From an uncultured Alphaproteobacteria bacterium (lineage in GTDB: Bacteria > Pseudomonadota > Alphaproteobacteria > JAPOUT01 > G958296285): DNA of 64,000 bases. Where the stretch lies: positions 1,282,762 to 1,346,761 of the forward strand of contig OY282459.1 of assembly GCA_958296285.1 (NCBI GenBank), written 5' to 3'. Under the pieces are notes generated by a model. The model saw only the letters and a program-made list of their open reading frames with translations, was not told where the DNA came from and did no database searches. Of this stretch, positions 52,201-61,200 are shown piece after piece. The position numbers were made by a program, and so were the translations under genes. The stretch's first letter is position 1, and each line of letters begins with the position of its first letter.

Positions 52201-53308
52201 CTTCTTCCTGATTCTCGCATTTGTCGGCTTCCAAAGTCGCGCGGATATAGGCTTTCCCCAAAGATTCCACATCCAGCACGTCAAAATTCTTGACGCCGCT
52301 CTCTTGGAATTTTTGAGACAATTCGGCGTCTATCTCCGCGCCGGCGGCGGCGAGAATCTCGCCCGTGTCGGAATGGACGACAGCGGACGCCAAATAGCGA
52401 TCCCGCATGGACTCCCACAGCGCGAAGAGACCCTTCTTGCCTTTCTCAGACAAAAGACGGCTGATCCGCCCGGTGATCTTCTCGCCGGCCTCCACAAGGC
52501 GCGTCCCTTCGGAATCATGGAGATCATGCGGCACGCGAAGCCCTCGCAGAGAATCCGGAGACGCCATCATGCGCCAGCCATTCGCCGCGCGCTTATAAGA
52601 CAGAGTCCCATGAAAAGCGCGCAAAATCTCCTCCTTCTCCATGCCCAGAGCGTAGAGCAGAACGGTCGCCGGAATCTTGCGCCGCCGATCCATCCGCGCA
52701 TGCAGAACGTCCTTCGCGTCAAATTCAAAATCCATCCAAGAGCCGCGATACGGAATGATCCGCGCCGCGAAAAGAAATTTTCCCGAAGAATGAGTCTTGC
52801 CCTTGTCGTGATCAAAAAAGACGCCCGGACTCCGATGCATCTGCGAAACGACAACCCGCTCCGCCCCATTAACGACAAAAGTGCCATTGTCGGTCATCAG
52901 CGGCAGATCGCCCATATAGACCGACTGCTCTTTGGAATTCTTCATCGTCTTCGCGCCCGTTTTCTCGTCAATGTCAAAGACGATGAGCCTGAGCGTCAAT
53001 TTGATCGCGGCTTCATAGGTCATGCCGCGATGGCGGCACTCTTCCACGTCATATTTCGGATCGTCAAACTGGTAGTCCAAGAAATGCAGCTCGGCGTTCC
53101 CCTGATAATTCTCTATCGGGAAAGCGCCGCCGAGCGCCGCTTGCAAGCCGATCTCCTCGCGCTTGCCCTTCTTGGGCTTCGCCAGCTGCAGAAAACCGGC
53201 GTAAGACGATTTTTGCACCTCAATGAGATTCGGCATATGCCCGGCGCGCCGACTGTCGCCGAAGAATTTGCGAAGCCTCATGCGCTGAGGCGCGGAAAGA
53301 TGAGTCAT
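49208..53308 (-). CDS. rpoB: DNA-directed RNA polymerase beta subunit
   Basis: 1366 aa with [28 protein letters not shown] (rif cluster) and [15 protein letters not shown]. Confidence 0.97.
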
Positions 53309-53333
53309 GTCAGAAGAATCCCAAAAAGCGTGA

Positions 53334-53708
53334 TCATTTCAGCTCCACGCCGGCGCCGGCGGCTTCCAGCTTTTTCTTGATCTCTTCGGCTTCGCCTTTA
53401 GGCACGTCGCTCTTGACGTCTTTCGGCGCGCCCTCCACCAAATCCTTCGCCTCCTTCAAGCCTAGACCGGTGATGGCGCGAACCTCCTTGATGACGTTGA
53501 TCTTCTTGTCGCCGACAGAGACGAGGTGAACGGTGAAACTGTCCTTCTCCTCCGCCGCCGAGCCTTCCGCGCCCGCCGCCGCCGCGACAGGCGCGGCGAC
53601 CGCCGCCGCCGAAACGCCCCATTGCTCTTCCAGCATCTTGGCGAGTTCCGCCGCCTGCAGCACTGTCAGTTTGGACAGATCTTTGGCGATTTTTTCCAGA
53701 TCAGGCAT
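53334..53708 (-). CDS. rplL: 50S ribosomal protein L7/L12
   Basis: Ala-rich hinge plus [27 protein letters not shown]. Confidence 0.95.
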   Translation of the reverse strand: MPDLEKIAKDLSKLTVLQAAELAKMLEEQWGVSAAAVAAPVAAAAGAEGSAAEEKDSFTVHLVSVGDKKINVIKEVRAITGLGLKEAKDLVEGAPKDVKSDVPKGEAEEIKKKLEAAGAGVELK

Positions 53709-53726
53709 GGTGATTCTCCTTTAGGG

Positions 53727-54257
53727 TTATTCCGATTTTCCTGCCGAAGCGGCGTAAGCCCCGAAAAGACGGGCGAGATGCGATGCAGGCGCGTTCATCT
53801 GCGCCGCCAACTTCGCGGCAGGCGCCTGCAGAATGCCGACAATCTTGGCGCGGAGCGCGTCCAAAGACGGCAGTTTGGCGAGCGCCTCAATCGCTTCCGG
53901 CGCGAGCGCCGCGCCATCCATGACGCCGCCCAAAATCCTCATGCTCTCATGCTCTTCCGCGAAAGAGATCAGCGCCTTCGGAAGAGCGGTCGCATCGCTT
54001 CCCCACGCGATGGCGGTCGGGCCTTTGAAAAGCGGCGAGAGACTGTCCTCGCAAGGCAGACCTTTTAGCGCCCGAAGCGCGAAACTGTTCTTCGTCACGC
54101 GAAAGAAACTCCCGCTCTCCGACAAATCCGCGCGCAGCTCGGTCAGCGCCGCCACATCCAGCCCGGAATAATGGGCGACGATCACCGTCTCCGCCTCCGC
54201 GAAGACTCCATGAAGAGAGCGCACGCGCTCTTCCTTATCTTGTCGCTGGAGACTCAA
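53727..54257 (-). CDS. rplJ: 50S ribosomal protein L10
   Basis: [18 protein letters not shown]. Position is between rplA and rplL. Confidence 0.9.
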   Translation of the reverse strand: MSLQRQDKEERVRSLHGVFAEAETVIVAHYSGLDVAALTELRADLSESGSFFRVTKNSFALRALKGLPCEDSLSPLFKGPTAIAWGSDATALPKALISFAEEHESMRILGGVMDGAALAPEAIEALAKLPSLDALRAKIVGILQAPAAKLAAQMNAPASHLARLFGAYAASAGKSE

Positions 54258-54967
54258 ACTCGCGCCTCCCGCGTCAGAACGGTCGCGGCGCGCGGATCCA
54301 CTTTGATGCCGGGACCCATTGTCGCCGAGAGCGCGATCCGCTTGACATAATTGCCTTTCGCGCCGGAAGGCTTCGCCTTCATCAGCGCCTGCAGAAAGGC
54401 TTTCGCATTGGCGAGGAGCTCTTTCTCTCCGAAACTCGCCTTGCCGATCCCAGCATGGACAAGCCCCGCCTTCTCCACGCGAAACTCCACCGCGCCCTGC
54501 TTGATGCGGCGGACAGTCTGTCCGACATCCGCCGTGACCGTGCCTGTTTTCGGATTCGGCATCAAGCCGCGCGGGCCGAGAATCTTCCCCAAACGCCCGA
54601 CCAAAGGCATCATGTCCGGCGAGGCGACACAGCGATCAAAATCCACCGCGCCTTTGGAAATTTTCTCCGCCAGCTCTTCCGCGCCGATTATGTCGGCGCC
54701 GGCCTTTTTCGCCTCCTCCGCCTTGTCGCCGCGCGCGAAAACCGCGACCCGAACTTTGCGCCCCGAGCCATGCGGCAGATCGCAAACGCCGCGCACCATC
54801 TGATCGGCATGTTTGGGATCCACGCCCAAATTGACCGCCATCTCCACAGTCTCGTCAAATTTCGCCTTCGGATGCGCTTTGAGACGCGCGATCGCCTCTT
54901 CCATAGAGAGCAGCGCGTCATCCATGGCTTCGCGGGCTTTTTTCATGCGTTTGCCTTCCTTCGCCAT
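54254..54967 (-). CDS. rplA: 50S ribosomal protein L1
   Basis: [25 protein letters not shown] and [21 protein letters not shown]. Confidence 0.95.
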   Translation of the reverse strand: MAKEGKRMKKAREAMDDALLSMEEAIARLKAHPKAKFDETVEMAVNLGVDPKHADQMVRGVCDLPHGSGRKVRVAVFARGDKAEEAKKAGADIIGAEELAEKISKGAVDFDRCVASPDMMPLVGRLGKILGPRGLMPNPKTGTVTADVGQTVRRIKQGAVEFRVEKAGLVHAGIGKASFGEKELLANAKAFLQALMKAKPSGAKGNYVKRIALSATMGPGIKVDPRAATVLTREARV

Positions 54968-55419
54968 TATTGCCGCACCTCCAGCCCCATGGATCGCGCC
55001 GTGCCGGCGATGATCTTCACGGCGGCGTCTTCATCGGAAGCGCTGAGGTCTTTCATTTTCTCGCGGGCGATCTCGCGGCATTGCGCGACCGTGACTTCGC
55101 CCGCCGTCTCGCGCCCCGGAGTCTTGCCGCCCTTCTCCAACTGCGCCGCGCGCTTCAGATACCAAGAAGCGGGGGGCGTCTTGACGGCGAATTTGTAAGA
55201 TTTGTCGGCATAGATCGTGATGAGAGTCGGCAGAGGAGCGTTTTTCTCCATCGCCTTCGTGGCATCGTTGAACTTGGCGCAGAACTCGGCGATGTTGAGA
55301 CCTCTCTGACCGAGCGCAGGGCCGACAGGCGGCGCGGGATTCGCCTGCCCCGCCGGAAGCTGCAATTTCAGATAGCCCTCAATCTTTTTAGAGGTCTTTT
55401 TCGCCCGCCGTTCCGCCAT
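54967..55419 (-). CDS. rplK: 50S ribosomal protein L11
   Basis: [30 protein letters not shown]. Confidence 0.95.
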   Translation of the reverse strand: MAERRAKKTSKKIEGYLKLQLPAGQANPAPPVGPALGQRGLNIAEFCAKFNDATKAMEKNAPLPTLITIYADKSYKFAVKTPPASWYLKRAAQLEKGGKTPGRETAGEVTVAQCREIAREKMKDLSASDEDAAVKIIAGTARSMGLEVRQ

Positions 55420-55421
55420 GA

Positions 55422-56180
55422 TCAGCCCTTCTCCACTTGATTGTATCCGAGCTCCACCGGCGTGGATCTGCCGAAAATGGAGACCGAAACTTTTAACCGC
55501 GAGCGCTCCACATCCACATCCTCCACAACGCCGTTGAAGGAGGCGAACGGCCCGTCCGAAACGCGAACCTGCTCGCCGATGGAGAAAATGACCGAAGGGC
55601 GGGGTCTGTCCACGCCCTGCCGCATCTGCCCCAAGATTCTATCCACCTCGCCCTGCGACAGAGGCTGCGGGGAATCGGCGTCCCCCAAAAAGCCCGTCAC
55701 GCGAGGCAGATTGCGTATGAAATGCTGCGTCTCTCCGTTCATCTCCATTTTTAGAAGCAGATAGCCAGGGAACAATTTGCGCTTGACCTCTTTATTTTGC
55801 CCGCGCCGCATCTCCAGCACTTCCTCCACAGGCACGAGCATTTCGTCAAAATACTCCGCCAAGCCTTGAGGAACCATGCGCTCCTTTATGGTGTCGCAGA
55901 CGCGCTGCTCAAAATTGGATTGCGTATGCACGATATACCACGCCTTCTTCTCGTCTTGATCTTCGCCGTCAGGCTTGTTGCCCGCAGGTTCGCCCGAGGG
56001 CTCGCCGCCGGCAGGCTTGCCGCCGGCAGGTTCGCCCGAGAGCTCGCCAGAGGGTTCGCCGCCGGCAGGTTCGCCGCCAGCAGGCTCGCCCGAGGGCTCG
56101 CCGCCGGCAGGCTCGCCCGAGAGCTCGCCGCCTGCGGCTTCGCTCGGCAGTTCTTTCTCAACCTTATCGCTGTCGGTCAT
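55422..56180 (-). CDS. nusG: transcription termination/antitermination factor NusG with about 75-aa repetitive N-terminal extension
   Basis: Core [17 protein letters not shown] ... FPGYLLLKM ... [24 protein letters not shown]. Start set to the ATG at 56180 ([10 protein letters not shown]). Confidence 0.9.
   Translation of the reverse strand: MTDSDKVEKELPSEAAGGELSGEPAGGEPSGEPAGGEPAGGEPSGELSGEPAGGKPAGGEPSGEPAGNKPDGEDQDEKKAWYIVHTQSNFEQRVCDTIKERMVPQGLAEYFDEMLVPVEEVLEMRRGQNKEVKRKLFPGYLLLKMEMNGETQHFIRNLPRVTGFLGDADSPQPLSQGEVDRILGQMRQGVDRPRPSVIFSIGEQVRVSDGPFASFNGVVEDVDVERSRLKVSVSIFGRSTPVELGYNQVEKG
55980..56132 (-). repeat. In-frame tandem repeat array in the nusG 5' region (15-nt units, G-E-P-[AS]-G)
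   Basis: Encodes [51 protein letters not shown]. The DNA shows nested repeats (tcgcccgagggctcgccgccggcagg twice). Confidence 0.85.
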
Positions 56181-56194
56181 GCTCTCTCTTCCCT

Positions 56195-56482
56195 TCAAGC
56201 GAAAACCCGCAGGATATAGCCCACCGCCGAAGACAGAATCTGATCCGCCAAGAAAAAAAACACCGCCGCCAAAAAAACCATGATGAAAACCATCACCGTC
56301 GTGACAACCGTCTCGCTCCGCGTGGGCCAAGTGACGCGCGCGGCTTCGGAGCGCACCTCGCGCAGAAAAATGAGCGGATTGCTCTTTTTCTTCGGCTCTT
56401 GAGGCGGCGGCGCGAGAGCCTCGCGCTCATCATGCCTCATAGAGGCGAGCCTCTTTTTCGCGGTTGATGCCATAGATTCCAT
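56195..56482 (-). CDS. secE: preprotein translocase subunit SecE
   Basis: FLREVRSEAARVTWPTRSETVVTTVMVFIMVFLAAVFFFLADQIL. Position is between tRNA-Trp and nusG. Confidence 0.9.
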   Translation of the reverse strand: MESMASTAKKRLASMRHDEREALAPPPQEPKKKSNPLIFLREVRSEAARVTWPTRSETVVTTVMVFIMVFLAAVFFFLADQILSSAVGYILRVFA

Positions 56483-56517
56483 TTCAATCGGACAATCCCA
56501 AGCGCGTTGGGCAGGGG

Positions 56518-56591
56518 CAGGAGTGGAGGGACTCGAACCCCCAACCCCCGGTTTTGGAGACCGGCGCTCTAACCAGTTGAGCTACACTCCT
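56518..56591 (-). tRNA. tRNA-Trp (anticodon CCA)
   Basis: Reverse complement AGGAGTGTAGCTCAACTGGTTAGAGCGCCGGTCTCCAAAACCGGGGGTTGGGGGTTCGAGTCCCTCCACTCCTG. Anticodon loop CTCCAAA. Its 5' end abuts the tuf stop codon. Confidence 0.9.
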
Positions 56592-57782
56592 TCAGGCAAG
56601 CACCTTGGATACCACGCCCGCGCCGATCGTCTTGCCGCCTTCGCGGATGGCGAAGCGGAGCTTCTCGTTCATCGCGATGGGCGCGATGAGTTCCACTTCC
56701 ATTTGGGCGTTGTCGCCGGGCATGATCATCTCCGTGCCTTTCGGGAGGGTGATCGTGCCTGTGACGTCGGTCGTGCGGAAGTAGAACTGCGGACGATAAT
56801 TGCTGAAGAACGGCTTATGCCGTCCGCCCTCCTCCTTATTGAGGATATAGGCTTCGGCTTTGAACTTGGTGTGCGGCGTGACTGTCCCCGGCGCCGAGAG
56901 AACTTGTCCGCGCTCCACGGCTTCGCGCTCCACGCCCCGCAGCAGCACGCCGACATTGTCTCCCGCCTCGCCCTGATCCAGAAGTTTGCGGAACATTTCC
57001 ACGCCTGTGCAGGTCGTCTTGCTCGTATCTTTAAGCCCGACAATCTCAATTTCCTCGCCGACCTTGACCACGCCCTGCTCAATGCGCCCCGTCACGACCG
57101 TCCCGCGCCCCGATATGGAGAAGACGTCTTCTATCGGCATCAGGAAGGGCTGATTTTTCGGGCGATCAGGCTGAGGAATCGTGGAATCCACGGCTTCCAT
57201 CAATTTGAAGATGGAGTCTTTGGCGTTTTCGCCATCCTTGCCTTCCAGCGCTTGGAGCGCCGAGCCTTTGATGATCGGGATGTCGTCCCCCGGGAACTCG
57301 TAATTGGAGAGAAGCTCGCGCACTTCCACTTCCACCAGTTCCAGCAATTCGGGATCGTCCACCTGATCCACTTTGTTCAGATAGACGACAAGGGCAGGCA
57401 CGCCGACCTGTCGCGCGAGGAGGATATGCTCGCGCGTCTGCGGCATCGGCCCGTCGGCGGCGGAGACCACGAGAATCCCGCCATCCATTTGCGCCGCGCC
57501 TGTGATCATGTTTTTGACATAGTCGGCATGTCCCGGGCAATCCACATGGGCATAGTGGCGTTTTTCGGTTTCGTACTCCACATGGGCGGTGGAGATGGTG
57601 ATTCCGCGCTCTTTTTCTTCCGGCGCGTTGTCTATCTCCTCATAGGCGGAGAATTCCGCGCCGCCTTTCTCAGACAGCACTTTGGTGATCGCGGCGGTGA
57701 GGGTTGTTTTGCCGTGATCCACATGGCCTATCGTTCCGATGTTGCAGTGCGGTTTATTGCGCTGGAATTTTTCTTTCGCCAT
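56592..57782 (-). CDS. tuf: elongation factor Tu
   Basis: [44 protein letters not shown]. Confidence 0.97.
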   Translation of the reverse strand: MAKEKFQRNKPHCNIGTIGHVDHGKTTLTAAITKVLSEKGGAEFSAYEEIDNAPEEKERGITISTAHVEYETEKRHYAHVDCPGHADYVKNMITGAAQMDGGILVVSAADGPMPQTREHILLARQVGVPALVVYLNKVDQVDDPELLELVEVEVRELLSNYEFPGDDIPIIKGSALQALEGKDGENAKDSIFKLMEAVDSTIPQPDRPKNQPFLMPIEDVFSISGRGTVVTGRIEQGVVKVGEEIEIVGLKDTSKTTCTGVEMFRKLLDQGEAGDNVGVLLRGVEREAVERGQVLSAPGTVTPHTKFKAEAYILNKEEGGRHKPFFSNYRPQFYFRTTDVTGTITLPKGTEMIMPGDNAQMEVELIAPIAMNEKLRFAIREGGKTIGAGVVSKVLA

Positions 57783-57824
57783 GATGTCTCCTCGTGGTTG
57801 GCGTTTGACGTGGTTCCTTCACGG

Positions 57825-57895
57825 AGCGGGTGAAGGGAATCGAACCCTCGTCTTCAGCTTGGAAGGCTGCGGCTCTACCATTGAGCTACACCCGC
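57825..57895 (-). tRNA. tRNA-Gly (anticodon TCC)
   Basis: Reverse complement GCGGGTGTAGCTCAATGGTAGAGCCGCAGCCTTCCAAGCTGAAGACGAGGGTTCGATTCCCTTCACCCGCT. Anticodon loop CTTCCAA. Confidence 0.85.
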
Positions 57896-57960
57896 CGTGT
57901 GAAAGCGCGCTTCCTCCTTGTTTTCCGCGTTTCTTCGCGCCATGGCTTGGGCGTCCTGTG

Positions 57961-58045
57961 TGGTGGAGGGGGTTGGATTCGAACCAACGTAGGCATAGCC
58001 AACGGGTTTACAGCCCGTCCCCTTTAACCGCTCGGGCACCCCTCC
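57961..58045 (-). tRNA. tRNA-Tyr (anticodon GTA), CCA encoded
   Basis: Reverse complement GGAGGGGTGCCCGAGCGGTTAAAGGGGACGGGCTGTAAACCCGTTGGCTATGCCTACGTTGGTTCGAATCCAACCCCCTCCACCA. Loop CTGTAAA, long variable arm. Confidence 0.9.
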
Positions 58046-58253
58046 TTTCACGCGACCGCGACAGACAAGCCTTCCGCGCGAAACGAGAGCGCCACGGATG
58101 TAAGGCAAAGTTTCTCCCGCATTTGGACTGAGTGATGCCAATGATGTGCAAAGAACCGCTCTCCGCCGCGGGTCATTCCGGGCAGATGGCGAAAAATAGA
58201 ACGATTCGGCTATGTCTTGCAAGAGTTTTTTTAACGCTCGCGGGGATTAAATT

Positions 58254-61200
58254 TCAAAATGCTCCTGCAACGCCAAAACGAATGAAACGATCCGAAGAGC
58301 CTCTGATATGCCCCGCTTCCCTATGCCAGCCCGCCGAAATCTTCATAGAAACCCCATCCGACAACGGCTTGACATAAAGCGCCTCCAAGTGAATCGCCCG
58401 CCCGGAAGGTTTTAAAGACCCCTCTGCCCTCTGATCAATGAGAGACCCGTCTCGGCGGCGGGAAACGGCGTAATCCAAGGCGAAGCCGCCCTTCTCCACC
58501 CGCAAAGGCTGACGCGCGCGCAGGGCGATCCAATCTTCCTGCGAGAAAACGCCGCGCTTGCCCAAGCCCGCCGTGAAAGCGCTCATCACGATCGGGCCTT
58601 TTAACGACAAAAGCGAAACGCCGTCAATCTTCGGCGACATGAAGCCCGCCTCGGCGCTGATAAAGAGATGCCAGCCGCGCGCGAGCGCCTTCTCATGCGA
58701 GACGCCAAAAAACCAATTTTCTCGCGCGCCGTCCGCATGGAACGCGCCATCGCTCCAGCCCCCCAAAAGCCGATCTTCCTCGCGCAAAAGTCCGGCATGA
58801 AGATTCCAGCCCTCCCAAGCGAAATGCGCCAGCAAAGCGTATGAGGCTTTTTCTTCGCGGCTCGCGTCCCGCGCGTGATCCTGCCAGAGAGGCTTGCCTG
58901 AAAAAAGACCAAGATTCATAGAATAATCGCCGCCCTCCCAAGACAGCCCCGCGCCCACGCCATCGGCGATCAAAGAAAAATGCGCCGGAGACCTCTCGCG
59001 CCAAAGAGGCGACCGCGTCTCCGCCGCCATCAGAGCGGCGGGATGCTGAATGCCGAAAACCCGCGCCCCCAAAAGACGATAAGGCTCAACGCGGCGCTTC
59101 GCGCCGAGCGGTCTCAGAAAATCCCCCATCGCGTCAGGCGCGGCAAGGCTGAAATAACGACCAAGAGACGAATAAAAGGGCGCGCTCAACGCGTCAAACC
59201 GCGCGATGATCCTGCCCCGCAAAGCGCGGGCGAGACTGTCGCCGAGAGCCGGCGGCGCGACAAAGAAACTCTCCGCCGACAAAAAGGACGCTCTTGAGCC
59301 GCCCGCCCCCGCCGCCCCGCTCATGGAAGTCGCGCCGACAGGACGAGTCGCGGCGTCTATGTCTAAAAGCCCATGCCCGTAAATGTCGCTGTCGGCATAG
59401 ATGCCGGAACTGTCCGCCGTCTGCAGCAGACGCCATGCCAATTCCGGCGCGCCCATCGTGTCGCCGAAGGCTTCCATCAGGATCGCCAAAGCGCCCGCCA
59501 CATGCGGCGCGGCGAAAGAGGTGCCTTGCACAAGAACATCCGCGCGATCCGTGCCTTTCGCCGACACGCCTTCTCCGAAAGCGGCGAGACACCACTCCTT
59601 CGCATGACCGCATTTGTGATAGTTCGGAATAAGAGCCCCTGCCGTGTAGCGGGTTCTCGCTTCATTCAGAACCCTCCGCAGGGCGACAACGGCGAGGATC
59701 AGAGGCCTGTTCCTGTCCGCGCCGAGAAGATCGGGGAAATAGAAGGGCGTGTCGGAGAAGAGTCGGGGATGATCTTCATCCCAGCCGGGCCCTATAATCA
59801 TCCCTTCAGGGTTTCGAATATCCTCTGCGATATTCCCTGCGGAATAGACATAGACCGTCCTGTCCTCTTCGGGCGTATCATTTTGGCGGAAGACCTCATA
59901 ATAGTTGATGCTCGGGTTATTGATTCTTGCCTTTATCCTCGCTATCTCGCTTTCGGTGGCGGTCTCATAGTCGGCGATCACAATTTGCGTGATACCGTCA
60001 AAGAAGAGGATAGACTGGCTGACATTGACGATCTTCACATGATTTTGGAAATAGGCGAGACCGCTGGTGCTGGCCGTTGTTCCTGAATGGAGGAGAATCT
60101 TGGCGTTGAAAGCGATTCCATGAAAATCGGTGAGGCTGCCGCCGGCATCCCCCCTCTTCGCCGCGACAACGCCGCTCACGTGATTCCCATGCAGCAAAGT
60201 GATGCCGCTGTTCATGCCCACCAAGATTTCGCAATCTGTCGCGCTCGCGACCGTGCCGGCGGCAGGGCAATTCCTCACGCGGATCAGATCGGTATAAAGA
60301 CCATCGCTCGCCTGCGCATCGGTCAGAAGCGTCCGCCCTGCAGGAAGGCGGAATTGTTGGGCTGTGATCGTCGTTTCCATGGTGACGGGATCGGTGTTCG
60401 TTTCGCCTATCGCGCAATTGGTCGTTGTCGGCGTGGTGACGTCGGCGGGATTGAGCGCCGCGCCGGTGCAATTGTCCGCCGGCAGATAATATCTGTCCAC
60501 GCCCAACACTCCCCTGTCATGGGCGACGGTGAGCCTGCCGGCATAAGCGTTCACGAGAGAGGCGTCCCAGAGATGTCCCTCCAGCACGCCGACCGTCTGC
60601 CCCGCGCCGGTGAAGCCTCGCGCATAGGCTTCGGCGGCGCCGGACGCCTCAAAGCCGGGCTGCGTGCGATATTCCTGCGTCCTCCAAAAAACCGCCGAGC
60701 GAGAGAGCGTAGGCACGGTGATGCTCCAAACCTTCTGCGTGGCGTGTTTTGTCAGCGTGAAGCCGCCTAGAGTCGTGAGATCGCCCACGGTGAAGGTTCC
60801 CGTCCCGGTGAAAAGATTGATGACCGTCCCTGAGGCGGTGCTGGAGGGAAGGCTTACGCGGAGATTCCCCTTCAACGTCACATTCGCCGCGCCGAAATCA
60901 AGAAGCGCGGTCGCGCCTGACGGAAGGACGCGAATCTGAAAGGTCAGTTCGCCGCCGTCATTTTGCAAAAAAGTCTCCAAACCCTGAATCGCGAGCCTGC
61001 TGCCCATGATCCGAAGGTTCAGATCGCCGCTGTTGGTGAAACTGTCGCCCGTGCCGCCGCCGAAATTGGCATTGGCGGTCAGAGTCATGCGGGCGTCCGC
61101 CATATTGGTGACCGTGTCGCTGCCCGCGCCGAGGTCAAAGCCGCCGATGAAAGCGCCGTGATTGTTAAAAACATCCGCCGCGCCGCTCGCCGTGATGCTG

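Noticed and set aside
58046-58253. TTGCAA (58217-58222) and TATTTT (reverse complement of 58193-58198) with 18-nt spacing on the minus strand, as a promoter for the tRNA-Tyr/tRNA-Gly/tuf cluster.
   Set aside because: It is plausible, but it lies about 150 nt upstream of tRNA-Tyr and the -10 is weak. Without TSS data I do not call it as a feature.
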